Below are positions 18,795 through 33,311 of a DNA stretch of 64,000 nucleotides, one piece after another. The notes beneath the pieces are model-generated. The model searched no databases, had not been told where the DNA came from, and saw only the letters and a program-made list of their open reading frames with translations. Each line of letters starts with the position of its first letter. The stretch's first letter is position 1. Source of the stretch: Dehalococcoidia bacterium (lineage in GTDB: Bacteria; Chloroflexota; Dehalococcoidia; Lucifugimonadales; JADFKI01); contig OZ243964.1 in assembly GCA_965214635.1 (NCBI GenBank), positions 2,572,764 to 2,636,763 on the forward strand. Direction: 5' to 3'. A program made the position numbers and the translations under genes.

Positions 18795-20102
18795 ATGAGT
18801 CTTATCAGAGCGATGGTGAAGCCCACTACGCTCAAGATGCGCCTGATGATGTTGGTGCTCTTGGGCGTGGGCATATTTATGACGGGCGGCGGCGTTGCCT
18901 ACGCACAGAGTGCCGCTGAGGTGAAGGGCACGCTGGACAACGCCATCTTGGTGTTCGCCGCTGCGCTGGTGTTCTTCATGCAGGCGGGCTTCGCCTTCCT
19001 CGGCGCAGGGCTAATCCGCGCCAAGAACACCGTGAACTACATGACCAAGTCTTTCTTGGACTTCTGCATAGCCTCGCTCGGGTTTTGGGCGTTCGGTTAT
19101 GCGCTGATGTTCGGCGGCGGCGCTGCGGCGGGCATCATAGGGCTTGAAGGCTTCTTCCTCGCCAACTTCAACGATGGCGACCTCGTGGGCTGGTTCTTCC
19201 AGATGGTCTTCGCAGGCACGGCGGCGACTATCATCGCCGGGGCTATGGCAGAGCGCACGAAGATAAACGCCTACTTCGCATACAGCTTCATCGTGGGCGC
19301 GCTCATCTATCCCATATACGGGCATTGGGCGTGGAGCGACTTCGGCTGGCTGACTGGTATGGGCTTTGCGGACTATGCCGGCTCTGGCGTGGTGCATATG
19401 ATAGGCGGCTTCCTCGCCCTCGCCGGCGCAATGGTCGTCGGCCCCCGCAAGGGCTGGCAGCAGGGCATCGTCATCCGTGGGCACAATGTGCCGTATGTGG
19501 TCATCGGCACATTCATCCTGTTCTTCGGCTGGTTTGGCTTCAACATCAACTCTAGCACGCTGGGCTTGAACGCTGTGAACACGCTGCTCGCGGGCGCCGC
19601 TGGCGCAACTTCGGCGATATACATCACGCTCATACGCACGGACAAGGCGGACATTGAGATGGCGGCAAACGGCGCACTCGCCGGGCTGGTCGGCATCACC
19701 GCCGGCTGTGCATATGTGGACACATGGGCTGCGGTGGTCATCGGGCTGCTCGCTGGGGTCATCATGATTTTCGGCGTGTCGTTCGTGAAGAACATCCTGA
19801 AGGTGGACGACCCTGTGGGTGCGGTAACTGTGCACGGCATCTGCGGCGCTTGGGGCTTGCTGGCAGTGGGTATCTTCGCCTCGGGCCATAACGATGTTAC
19901 CGGGCTGGTTGTGGGCAATGCCGCACAGATAGTCCCGCAGATAGTGGGCATCCTCGTCGCCCTAGCGTGGGGCTTCGGCGCAGGCTACATCCTCTTCAAG
20001 GTGCTAGACCTCACCATGGGCTTGCGCGTGGACGAAGCCGAAGAGGACGACGGCTTGGACGAGCACGAGCACGGCACCGTCGCCTATCCCCAGATGAACT
20101 AG
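18795..20102 (+). CDS. amtB: Ammonium transporter
   Basis: FFMQAGF, FQMVFA, DYAGSGVVH, GWFGFN, DDPVGAVTVHGICG (twin His present). Confidence 0.93.
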   Translation: MSLIRAMVKPTTLKMRLMMLVLLGVGIFMTGGGVAYAQSAAEVKGTLDNAILVFAAALVFFMQAGFAFLGAGLIRAKNTVNYMTKSFLDFCIASLGFWAFGYALMFGGGAAAGIIGLEGFFLANFNDGDLVGWFFQMVFAGTAATIIAGAMAERTKINAYFAYSFIVGALIYPIYGHWAWSDFGWLTGMGFADYAGSGVVHMIGGFLALAGAMVVGPRKGWQQGIVIRGHNVPYVVIGTFILFFGWFGFNINSSTLGLNAVNTLLAGAAGATSAIYITLIRTDKADIEMAANGALAGLVGITAGCAYVDTWAAVVIGLLAGVIMIFGVSFVKNILKVDDPVGAVTVHGICGAWGLLAVGIFASGHNDVTGLVVGNAAQIVPQIVGILVALAWGFGAGYILFKVLDLTMGLRVDEAEEDDGLDEHEHGTVAYPQMN

Positions 20103-20262
20103 GTTAGGCTAGGCTAGGAAGGACGGGCTTTCGGCGGCTGACAGCCGGAAGCGAGCGAGTAGATAGAGCGAATAAGTAGGCAGGACAGCCACCGAGTTAG
20201 CGGCTGCCCTGCCTATCCCCTGTCTCAATAGAGGCGGGAGACTTCGCGTAGTCGGTCTTCCT

Positions 20263-20311
20263 GCAACAGGCGTGTAACATTTATTTAACATTCTTGCAAC
20301 TTCCCTGAAAC
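20263..20311 (+). promoter_or_regulatory. GlnR-type operator array (5 sites) upstream of small ORF and glnII
   Basis: GCAAC-n6-GTAAC-n6-TTAAC-n6-GCAAC-n6-GAAAC. Confidence 0.78.
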
Positions 20312-20387
20312 ATGTATCGTTCAGAATATATCCATCATTAATGCACTAATACAGAGTTTTACAGATAAAGAGCGGGAGGTTCTACGA

Positions 20388-20480
20388 ATGGAAGTGGTAC
20401 TTGGTGGCGTGGCATTCGCAGCATTGTTTGCAGCATGGGTGATTGTGCCCAGCATGGTACGCAAGAATCGCACGAAGTAG
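20388..20480 (+). CDS. 30-aa single-pass membrane microprotein MEVVLGGVAFAALFAAWVIVPSMVRKNRTK
   Basis: GGGAGG SD 8 nt before ATG; about 20 hydrophobic residues then a basic tail; below the ORF-track size cutoff. Confidence 0.7.
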   Translation: MEVVLGGVAFAALFAAWVIVPSMVRKNRTK

Positions 20481-20532
20481 GGCATTCAGCATTCGAGATA
20501 TAGCGATTCACGGGGTTTAGGTTGTACAATAT

Positions 20533-20568
20533 CGGCGAGGCTTTGTTGTGATGAAGTCTCGCCGTTTT
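20533..20568 (+). terminator. Terminator-like hairpin between microprotein and glnII
   Basis: CGGCGAGGCTT...AAGTCTCGCCG followed by TTTT. Confidence 0.55.
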
Positions 20569-20617
20569 ATCATTCACAAAAACTGTTACAGGCGGTGGGA
20601 TCCGTCAGGAGGTTGAA

Positions 20618-21625
20618 ATGGCAGGCGTTTACAAGGCGGAATACATCTGGATAGACGGAGGAGACCCGACGGCGCATCTTCGCTCTAAGGGCAAGGTGGT
20701 GCCGGTGGGCGAAGAGCCGCCTATATGGGGCTTCGACGGGTCTAGCACCAACCAAGCGGCGGGCGAGGATTCCGACCGCGTGCTCAAGCCGGTGTTCGTC
20801 TGCCCTGACCCAATTCGCGGGGGGGACAACAAGCTCGTGATGTGCGAGGTGCTGCTGCCCGACATGACGCCGCATTCGTCCAACACTCGCGCAGCCTGCG
20901 CCGCCGCCGCCGAGAAGTACGCTGACTTCGACATGTGGTTTGGCATCGAGCAGGAATACACCTTCTTCGATGGCATCAAGCCGCTGGGCTGGCCCGACAA
21001 CGGCTTCCCCGCGCCGCAGGGCGGCTACTACTGCGGCGTAGGCTCGGACGAGGTGTTTGGGCGCCCGGTCGTAGAAGACCATCTGGACGCCTGCCTTGCC
21101 GCCGGGTTGCAGATAGCCGGCATCAACGCCGAGGTTATGCCCGCCCAGTGGGAGTTCCAAGTCGGGCCGCTGGGAGCGCCCGAGGTGGCAGACCACCTCT
21201 GGGTGGCGCGCTGGCTGCTGTATCGCATTGGCGAAAATCACAATGTGAGCGCCAAGCTGGATCCCAAGCCGGTTCATGGCGACTGGAACGGCGCAGGCGC
21301 ACACACTAACTTCTCCACGCGCCAGATGCGTGAGGCATATGAGCCTTGCGTGGCGGCAGCCGAAGCGCTGGGCGGCAACCACGACGAGCACATCGCCAAC
21401 TACGGCGACCGCATCGAAGAGCGCCTCACCGGGCTGCACGAGACCTGCTCGTATCGCGAGTTTCGCTACGGCGTCTCCGACAGGGGCGCATCCGTCCGCA
21501 TCCCATGGCAGGTCGCCCGCGACCGCAAGGGCTACATCGAGGACAGGCGACCCAATGCCAACTGCGACCCGTACAAGGTGTCGGAACTCATCTTGAACAC
21601 GGTTTGCGGGGCAGCATCGTCCTAA
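20618..21625 (+). CDS. glnII: Glutamine synthetase type II
   Basis: 335 aa; AEYIWIDG, WGFDGSSTNQA, GIEQEYT, INAEVMPAQWEFQVG, GDWNGAGAHTNFS, GYIEDRRPNANCDPY. Confidence 0.93.
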   Translation: MAGVYKAEYIWIDGGDPTAHLRSKGKVVPVGEEPPIWGFDGSSTNQAAGEDSDRVLKPVFVCPDPIRGGDNKLVMCEVLLPDMTPHSSNTRAACAAAAEKYADFDMWFGIEQEYTFFDGIKPLGWPDNGFPAPQGGYYCGVGSDEVFGRPVVEDHLDACLAAGLQIAGINAEVMPAQWEFQVGPLGAPEVADHLWVARWLLYRIGENHNVSAKLDPKPVHGDWNGAGAHTNFSTRQMREAYEPCVAAAEALGGNHDEHIANYGDRIEERLTGLHETCSYREFRYGVSDRGASVRIPWQVARDRKGYIEDRRPNANCDPYKVSELILNTVCGAASS

Positions 21626-21665
21626 TCCGGACAGGGCAAACGCCAAATCACGGATAACAAACGAA

Positions 21666-21711
21666 GCCTGTGCCGCAAGACAGCCGAGTATCTTTGCGGC
21701 GCAGGCGTTTT
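21666..21711 (+). terminator. Intrinsic terminator after glnII
   Basis: GCCTGTGCCGCAA...TTGCGGCGCAGGC followed by GTTTT. Confidence 0.65.
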
Positions 21712-21785
21712 GCACCGCCTTGTAATTCGTTGTAATTCGCTGAACATCTGCGCTCAATCCTGACTCGTTGGACAGCCTGTTTTGT

Positions 21786-21814
21786 TTGACACATTTTTCA
21801 CAAACTGCTATATT
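21786..21814 (+). promoter_or_regulatory. Sigma70-type promoter for glnA-gltB-gltD
   Basis: TTGACA-N17-TATATT with extended -10 TG. Confidence 0.72.
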
Positions 21815-22010
21815 CCAAGATGGGTTTTTCTTACATTTATCCTTGCATTCCTGCGCGGAGTGAGCATATCGGGTGGAGTTACCCTGCGCAGTTTGGGCGC
21901 ATCCACGGGCACTGAACTGCTGAATGCCGATGCGCTAAAACCTCACAAGCACTGATTTTTATACCCGCAGTCGCTCACCCATCCTAAAAGAAAACCATAG
22001 AGAAAACATA

Positions 22011-23351
22011 ATGACATCAGTCAGAAACCCGGAAGCTGTTGAGTTCGCTCTGCACAAGGCGCGCGAGAACGATGTCAAGTTCATACGCTTGTGGTTCGCC
22101 GATATTTTGGGCAACCTCAAGGGCTTCGCCATCACCGTGGAGGAGTTGGAACAGGCGCTCACTCGCGGCATGGGCTTTGACGGCTCTTCGATGGAGGGTT
22201 TCGTGCGCTCCGAAGAGCGCGACCTGTATGCTCTGCCCGACCCGAACACATTCAGCATTCTGCCTTGGCGCCCGCGCCAAAACGCTGTCGCCCGCATGTT
22301 CTGCGACATTATCACCTCCGACGACAGCGCGTATGAGATCGACCCTCGCGCCGTGCTGCGCCGTAATCTCGCCGCCGCATCCAAACTCGGCTATACCTAC
22401 TATGTTGGGCCAGAGATAGAGTATTTCTACTTCCAAAACTCCCGAGATACCACGCCATTGGACAGCGGGAGCTACTTCGATCAAGGCGCTACCGACCTCG
22501 CCACCGACCTGCGGCGCGAAACCGTCTTGACTTTGGAAGACCTCGGCATCCCCGTCGAATCCAGCCACCACGAGGCAGCGCCCAGCCAGCACGAAATAGA
22601 CCTGCGCCACACCGACGCCCTTACGATGGCAGACACGGTGATGACCTACCGTCTTGTGGTCAAAGAGATAGCCCACCAGAACGGCTACTACGCAACCTTC
22701 ATGCCCAAGCCGGTGCATGGCATCAACGGCAGCGGCATGCACATGCACCAGTCGCTCTTTCAAGGCGACCGCAACGCATTCTACGACGAGGAAGACCCGC
22801 AGCACCTGTCCAACACCGCCAAGTATTTCATTGCGGGGCTAATGCGCCACGCCCGCGAAATCACCGCGGTGACCAACCAGTGGGTCAACTCATACAAGCG
22901 CCTCGTCCCGCGGTTTGAAGCGCCGACTTTCGTGTCATGGTCAACCGTGAACCGCGACGACCTCATTCGCGTACCTGATTTCAAGCCCGGCCGTGAGGAA
23001 TCCCGTCGCATCGAGTACCGCGCCCCAGACCCGGCGTGCAACCCATATCTCGCCTTCAGCGTGATGCTCGCCGCCGGCTTAAAGGGCATACAGGAACGCT
23101 ACGATTTCCCACCACCGGCGCCCTCCAACGCCTACTTCATGAGCGGCGCACAGCGCTCTGATCTTGGCATAGAGTCGCTGCCCGCCAATCTGTGGGAAGC
23201 AATCCGCATCACCGAGCGCAGCGAACTCGTCCATGATGCGCTTGGCGAAGAGGTGTTCAAGGGCTTTATCGAGAACAAGAAGATAGAGTGGGAAAATTAC
23301 CACAGCCGTATTGCAGACTACGAAACCGAACACTACCTGCGTGTGCTGTAA
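22011..23351 (+). CDS. glnA: Glutamine synthetase type I family
   Basis: [52 protein letters not shown]. Confidence 0.88.
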   Translation: MTSVRNPEAVEFALHKARENDVKFIRLWFADILGNLKGFAITVEELEQALTRGMGFDGSSMEGFVRSEERDLYALPDPNTFSILPWRPRQNAVARMFCDIITSDDSAYEIDPRAVLRRNLAAASKLGYTYYVGPEIEYFYFQNSRDTTPLDSGSYFDQGATDLATDLRRETVLTLEDLGIPVESSHHEAAPSQHEIDLRHTDALTMADTVMTYRLVVKEIAHQNGYYATFMPKPVHGINGSGMHMHQSLFQGDRNAFYDEEDPQHLSNTAKYFIAGLMRHAREITAVTNQWVNSYKRLVPRFEAPTFVSWSTVNRDDLIRVPDFKPGREESRRIEYRAPDPACNPYLAFSVMLAAGLKGIQERYDFPPPAPSNAYFMSGAQRSDLGIESLPANLWEAIRITERSELVHDALGEEVFKGFIENKKIEWENYHSRIADYETEHYLRVL

Positions 23352-23418
23352 GCGCACATTCCGCAGCCTTGCAACCCCGAACCGCACCGCAAACAGCCGC
23401 CATCGGCGAGGCAACGAT

Positions 23419-27960
<4,542 letters not shown>

Positions 27961-27994
27961 CCGCATATGCATATAGAGATAGGCAAGCCGATAT

Positions 27995-29464
27995 ATGGGA
28001 AAACCCACCGGATTTAAGGAATACGGCAGGCAAGTGCCGTCGCAGCAGCCTATATCACTGCGTGTTCAGCACTTCGACGAATTCTACGATGATTGGAGCG
28101 AAGCGCAAGCCCGCGAACAGGGCGCGCGCTGTATGAACTGCGCCGTCCCATTCTGCCACACGGGCTGCCCGCTCGGTAACCTCATCCCCGACTTCAACGA
28201 CCTCGTATATCGCGGCGACTGGCAGCAGGCGCTCGCCGAACTCCACTCCACCAACAACTTCCCCGAATTCACCGGCAGAGTCTGCCCTGCGCCCTGCGAA
28301 GCTGCTTGCGTCCTGAACATCAACCAAGATCCCGTTACCATCGAGTACATAGAGAAAGCCATCGCCGACCGCGGCTGGGACGAGGGCTGGATAACACCCG
28401 ATGCGCCCAAGCAGCGCACCGGCAAAAGCGTTGCCGTGGTAGGCTCGGGGCCTGCGGGTATGGCGGCAGCGCAGCAGCTCAACCGCTGCGGCCACTGGGT
28501 AACCGTGTTCGAGCGCAGCCACTACATTGGCGGCTTGCTGCGGCTGGGCATCCCAGACTTCAAGCTAGAAAAGCGCATCGTGCAGCGGCGCGTAGACCAG
28601 ATGCAGGCAGAGGGCGTTACCTTCAAGACTGGCGTCAATGTGGGCGTTGATATAACGGCGGACGAACTGACGGCAGAGTTCGATGCAATCGTGCTCACGG
28701 GTGGCAGCACCATCCCGCGCGACTTGCCCGTTCCCGGGCGCGAACTAGACGGCGTTCACTTCGCCATGGACTTCCTCACGCAGCAGAACCTCCTGAACGC
28801 CGGCGAGCATATCCCGCCAGCCGAGCGTATCAGCGCCGAGGGCAAGCGCGTGGTTATCCTAGGCGGTGGCGACACTGGCTCAGACTGCCTCGGCACATCC
28901 CATCGGCAGGGCGCAGAGGTCGTCTATCAGTGCGAACTTCTCTCCGAGCCACCTGTGGAGCGCAGCCAGAATAACCCTTGGCCGTTCTGGCCCCTGATAC
29001 TCCGCACCTCATCCTCGCAGGAAGAGGGCGGCGTCCGAGATTACGATGTGCTGACCACGCACTTCAGCGGCAGAAACGGGCATGTGGAGAAGCTCCACGC
29101 CGTCCGCATCCACTGGGGCGCTCCCGATGCGTCCGGCAGACCCAGTATGGAGCGCATAGAGGGCAGCGAGTTCGAGATAGATGTTGACCTTGTTCTGCTC
29201 GCCATGGGCTTCCTATATCCGCAGCGCGAAGGCTTGCTCACGGACTTGGGCGTGGCGCTAGACGGCAGGGGCAATGTGCAGACCGATGGCAACAAGATGA
29301 CCAGCATCCCCGGCGTGTTCGCTGCCGGGGATATGGCTCGCGGCCAGTCGCTGGTGGTGTGGGCGCTCGCGGAGGGACGGGAGGCGGCTCGCGGCATCGA
29401 CCTCTATCTGATGGGCAGCACGAGCTTGCGCCCAGTGTTGGCGGGAGCGCTTGCGCGGGCGTAA
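27995..29464 (+). CDS. gltD: Glutamate synthase small subunit
   Basis: MGKPTGF, RCMNCAVPFC, GRVCPAPCE, GSGPAG, GGGDTGSDC, AGDMARGQSLVVWA. Confidence 0.96.
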   Translation: MGKPTGFKEYGRQVPSQQPISLRVQHFDEFYDDWSEAQAREQGARCMNCAVPFCHTGCPLGNLIPDFNDLVYRGDWQQALAELHSTNNFPEFTGRVCPAPCEAACVLNINQDPVTIEYIEKAIADRGWDEGWITPDAPKQRTGKSVAVVGSGPAGMAAAQQLNRCGHWVTVFERSHYIGGLLRLGIPDFKLEKRIVQRRVDQMQAEGVTFKTGVNVGVDITADELTAEFDAIVLTGGSTIPRDLPVPGRELDGVHFAMDFLTQQNLLNAGEHIPPAERISAEGKRVVILGGGDTGSDCLGTSHRQGAEVVYQCELLSEPPVERSQNNPWPFWPLILRTSSSQEEGGVRDYDVLTTHFSGRNGHVEKLHAVRIHWGAPDASGRPSMERIEGSEFEIDVDLVLLAMGFLYPQREGLLTDLGVALDGRGNVQTDGNKMTSIPGVFAAGDMARGQSLVVWALAEGREAARGIDLYLMGSTSLRPVLAGALARA

Positions 29465-29526
29465 CTAGCCATCGCACCGGTATGCGCCGCTTCGGTTTCG
29501 GTCGGCGCTGTGCTTTTCGGGTTTGC

Positions 29527-30054
29527 TCAGATGAGCGCCGCAATATACGGCAGGTTGCGATACCGCTCGTCGTAGTCAAGCCCGTAGCCGACGACGAACG
29601 CGTCCGGTATGTCGAACCCGATGTAGTCGATAGGCACATCCACGCGGCGATGCGCTGTCTTGTTCAACAGGGCGCATACGGCGATGCTAGCAGGGCGCTG
29701 CCTCTCGATGTGTGCCAGCAGCCGATGCAGCGTAAGCCCGCTGTCTATAATATCCTCGACGAGGATGACATCGCAGCCATCGATGTCGGAGTCTAGGGGC
29801 TTTGTGAAGCGCACTTCGTTCGTGCTCTTTCGCCCGATGTAGCTCGAAACCCCAATCATATCTACGCGCACGGGTATGCTTGTCGCGCGCATCAGGTCTG
29901 CCATAAACACCATCGCCCCTTTCAGCACGCCCACCATCAGCACTTCTCTGCCCATATAGTCGCTGGATATTTCGGCGCCCAGCTCACACACGCGCTGTTG
30001 GATGCGCTCCGCCGTCAGCAGCACGCTGCCTACACATTGGGTATCAGATGCCAC
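29527..30054 (-). CDS. hpt: Hypoxanthine phosphoribosyltransferase
   Basis: GVLKGAMVFMADL, VILVEDIIDSGLT, FVVGYGLDY; GTG start after GAGGGG chosen. Confidence 0.92.
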   Translation of the reverse strand: MASDTQCVGSVLLTAERIQQRVCELGAEISSDYMGREVLMVGVLKGAMVFMADLMRATSIPVRVDMIGVSSYIGRKSTNEVRFTKPLDSDIDGCDVILVEDIIDSGLTLHRLLAHIERQRPASIAVCALLNKTAHRRVDVPIDYIGFDIPDAFVVGYGLDYDERYRNLPYIAALI

Positions 30055-30119
30055 TATCGTAACCCCTCGCTCGGAAAAGCTTAAAAACATCTCATCACTA
30101 ATGCTATCATTGATGCGCT

Positions 30120-30875
30120 ATGGTTGACACGACGGACGATACGAAGAGTACAGCAGGTGTGGCGAGTTCGCCTTACGCAAGGTATGCGTGGAACATCGCC
30201 GCCATCCTGTTCGTCGCGCTTGTGCCGCTGCTTCTCATCACTAGCAGCGTGCGGCTGGTGATAAATCTCCCCGTGCTGTATTCATACGGGTTCGACCGCT
30301 ACGAAATAGAGGCTTACACGCGCATCAGCCGTTCCGACCTGATAGCCGCCGGCGCTCAGATACGAGACTACTTCAACAACGATGCCGAAGACCTCATCAT
30401 CCGCACATTCGTTGGCGGCGTACTGGTGGAGAGCCTGTACAATGAGCGGGAGATACACCACATGCGCGATGTGAAGGCGCTGGTGCGCGGCGTGTACCGG
30501 GCGCAGTTGCTCTCAGCGCTGTACATGGCTGTGTTCATCGCAGCCGGGTTCGCGATGAGAGGGCGGGCGTTCGTATGGGCGCTGCTGCGCTACATCGCGC
30601 GCGGCGGTGTGGCAACGCTGCTGCTTGTAGCGGCTGTGGGGCTGATAGCGCTGGTCGGGTTCGAGCAGGCGTTCCTCGTGTTCCACCTAATCAGCTTCAG
30701 CAATGACCTGTGGCAGCTCGACCCGCGCCGCGACTACTTGATAGCGATGTTCCCGCAGGGGTTCTTCTTCGATGCGACGATGCTAATAGCGCTGTGCAGC
30801 ATCGCGGGGGCGGTGTTGTGCGCCGTGCTGCCGAGATTTGTGCTGCGGGTGCGGCGCCGGTCGACAGCCGGGTAG
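30120..30875 (+). CDS. TIGR01906/DUF1461-like integral membrane protein
   Basis: EIHHMRDVK, FLVFHLISFSNDLWQLDP...LIAMFPQGFF. Confidence 0.8.
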   Translation: MVDTTDDTKSTAGVASSPYARYAWNIAAILFVALVPLLLITSSVRLVINLPVLYSYGFDRYEIEAYTRISRSDLIAAGAQIRDYFNNDAEDLIIRTFVGGVLVESLYNEREIHHMRDVKALVRGVYRAQLLSALYMAVFIAAGFAMRGRAFVWALLRYIARGGVATLLLVAAVGLIALVGFEQAFLVFHLISFSNDLWQLDPRRDYLIAMFPQGFFFDATMLIALCSIAGAVLCAVLPRFVLRVRRRSTAG

Positions 30876-30951
30876 AGCTTGGCAGGCACATCTCGCGCGA
30901 TGGTCTGCACCGCTCCACCCGGTGGGACACGCAGCGGGCGGGATGGCGTGG

Positions 30952-31497
30952 CTATTTGTTCGTCAGGATGGTAACCACAGTGTCGAAGATTTCGGCGGCG
31001 TTGGCGCGCAGCTGCGCCTCGCTCAGCCCGGCGATTGGGTGCGGGGTGAAGATGACCGGGTAGCCCGGTGCGCCCCACATCGCCGCCATAGACTTGGATG
31101 TTTCTATGAAGCGGTCGGTACAGATTGTTACTGCGGGGATGCCGGCTTTTTCTACATGTACTCCGTCGTGCACACTGCACGCGCTGCACGAGCCTCAATC
31201 ACCCACACCGACGATAACATAGTCGCAGGTCGCCGCTATATCCGCAACGACTGCGGGATCTGCCGGCTTGGACGCCGAGGGCTTGGCGTGGTACTTGATG
31301 CTAGCGATGCCAAAGCGCTCGTCTAGCAGGTCGGTCAGCTGCGTTAGGTACTCTTTGGCGTTCACCTTGCTGTCGTCGATGACGCCCACGCGCTTGTTGG
31401 TCAGGTCTTGCAGTCGGGGTGCGCCTTGGAACTCCGGCACGATGGGCAGTGTAGTGGGGTCGATGAGCAGTGTGCGGACTCCGGTTGCGGTTGCCAT
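30952..31497 (-). CDS. UGSC-family selenoprotein (thioredoxin-like); Sec at TGA 31197-31195
   Basis: ORFs 31195..31509 and 30952..31173 are in frame and join as VIVGVGD-TGA-GSCSACSVHDGVHVEKAGIP; GGAGG SD before ATG 31497; hairpin after the TGA. Confidence 0.88.
31166..31191 (-). promoter_or_regulatory. SECIS-like hairpin
   Basis: UCGUGCA/UGCACGA 7-bp stem beginning 3 nt after the UGA; possible CGC/GUG extension with GUGCA loop. Confidence 0.55.
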
Positions 31498-31602
31498 ATC
31501 ATCCTCCAAAAGCGTTTAGTTCGGCGGTTGGTGTGTCTAGCGCAGGGGTTTCGTGGGTGCGGGGTTTGCGTTTGTGTGTAATGGGACGCGTGGAGATGCG
31601 GG

Positions 31603-31842
31603 CTATACGCCCATAGCGCAGGCACATGCGCCGCCGGCTCCGCCACCGCAGCATCCGCCGGCGCCCGCAACGGCGCTCGTCTGTCCGCTGCCGTTGCTCG
31701 TGAACGCCGCAAACACAGAGAACACCCGCTTTGACTTACTGCCGCAGTCGGGGCAGGGCGCAGGCTCGTCCATCGCGCTCATCGATCGGCGCTTCTCGAA
31801 GCGGTTGGTGCAGGTTACGCATGCATATTCGTAGATTGGCAT
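31603..31842 (-). CDS. FmdB-family zinc-ribbon regulatory protein
   Basis: [11 protein letters not shown]...CPDCGS and a Cys/Gly-rich tail GGCCGGGAGGACAC. Confidence 0.87.
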   Translation of the reverse strand: MPIYEYACVTCTNRFEKRRSMSAMDEPAPCPDCGSKSKRVFSVFAAFTSNGSGQTSAVAGAGGCCGGGAGGACACAMGV

Positions 31843-32052
31843 CGCAGTCCCCCTTCAAGTCTGACTGTTGGGATGGCGTCTTTCCCAGTCGGTTTGGGTT
31901 GTCTGAAAGTCATTCCCATTTTAGGCAAGCATTTGCATAAGGTCAACCGAGGGGTGATAATAGTTGATGGTAGTTGTCGCTCCAAGAGACACTTGCAGTT
32001 GTTAACCAGCGATTGGCTGCTTGCCGCATATCTGAAAAACAAAGGACGGCAT

Positions 32053-33264
32053 ATGAGTATGACCCACAGCGCTTCTGCGCTTCCTGATGACAGAGGGCGC
32101 TTTGGCGCATTTGGCGGGCGCTTCGTACCCGAGACGCTGATGAGCGCCATCGAGGAGTTGGAGTATGAGTACGGCAAGGCGCAAGCCGACGAGACCTTCT
32201 CCGCCGAGCTGAAGTCGCTTGCGGCGCACTATGTCGGGCGTCCCACGCCGCTGTACTTCGCAGAGAATCTGACCGCTGAACTCGGCGGTGCGCAGATATA
32301 CATCAAGCGCGAAGACCTCGCACACACGGGGGCGCATAAGATAAACAACGCCCTAGGGCAAGCACTGCTGGCGCGGCGCATGGGCAAAAAACGCATCATC
32401 GCCGAGACGGGCGCAGGTCAGCACGGGGTCGCAACGGCGACGGTGTGCGCTATGCTCGATCAAGAGTGCATCGTCTATATGGGCGAAGAAGACATACGGC
32501 GGCAGGCGCTGAATGTGTTCCGTATGCGTCTGCTTGGCGCTGAGGTGCGCTCGGTAACATCGGGCAGCCGCACGCTCAAAGACGCCATCAATGAGTGCAT
32601 CCGCGACTGGGTTACGAATGTGGGCGACACGCATTATCTCATCGGCAGCGTAGTGGGTCCGCATCCGTATCCGATGATGGTGCGCGACTTTCAGAAGATC
32701 ATCGGCGCAGAGGCGCGGGCGCAGCTTCTGGAGCGCGCGGGCAGACTGCCGGACTACGCTGTTGCATGCGTGGGTGGCGGTAGCAACGCAATGGGGCTGT
32801 TCTATGAGTTCATCGGGGACGAAGATGTGAGGCTCGTGGGTGTGGAGGCGGGCGGCGATGGTGTGGATGGCGTACGCCACGCATCCACGCTTGCGGTGGG
32901 CGATGTGGGCGTGCTGCACGGCAGCATGTCCTACTTGCTGCAAGACGCCGATGGGCAGGTGATGGAGACACACAGCATATCCGCAGGGCTGGACTATCCG
33001 GGAGTGGGGCCGGAGCACAGCTGGCTGAAAGACAGTGAGCGGGCGCAGTATGTCAGCGTGACGGACGCTGAGGCGTTGGAGGGCTTCCAGCTTATGTGTC
33101 GCACAGAGGGCATCATCCCGGCGCTAGAGCCGGCACACGCCGCCTACCACATCTCGCAGCTTGCGCCCACGCTCTCGCCCGACCAGATCATTCTAATGGG
33201 ACTGAGCGGGCGCGGCGACAAGGATATGGACACGGTGGCATCAGCATTAGATGTGGGGTTGTAG
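32053..33264 (+). CDS. trpB: Tryptophan synthase beta chain
   Basis: [64 protein letters not shown]. Confidence 0.96.
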   Translation: MSMTHSASALPDDRGRFGAFGGRFVPETLMSAIEELEYEYGKAQADETFSAELKSLAAHYVGRPTPLYFAENLTAELGGAQIYIKREDLAHTGAHKINNALGQALLARRMGKKRIIAETGAGQHGVATATVCAMLDQECIVYMGEEDIRRQALNVFRMRLLGAEVRSVTSGSRTLKDAINECIRDWVTNVGDTHYLIGSVVGPHPYPMMVRDFQKIIGAEARAQLLERAGRLPDYAVACVGGGSNAMGLFYEFIGDEDVRLVGVEAGGDGVDGVRHASTLAVGDVGVLHGSMSYLLQDADGQVMETHSISAGLDYPGVGPEHSWLKDSERAQYVSVTDAEALEGFQLMCRTEGIIPALEPAHAAYHISQLAPTLSPDQIILMGLSGRGDKDMDTVASALDVGL

Positions 33265-33311
33265 GTGCCCTCAATGCCGCTATGCGCGAGATGCCTCGCT
33301 TGAAAGCCGTG

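Noticed and set aside
20105-20262. Cluster of GC-rich hairpins after amt (similar ones near 56820 and 62255) as a REP/MITE family
   Set aside because: The hairpins share no primary sequence or terminal repeats; more likely terminators or stabilisers
21721-21745. TGTAATTCG direct repeat upstream of the glnA promoter as a fourth GlnR array
   Set aside because: Spacing is 10 bp rather than 11 and there is no terminal GAAAC, so it was not called
31990-32012. GTTAAC-centred sequence upstream of trpB as a TrpR operator
   Set aside because: Flanks match the CTAG/GTAC palindrome poorly and no trpR is in the window
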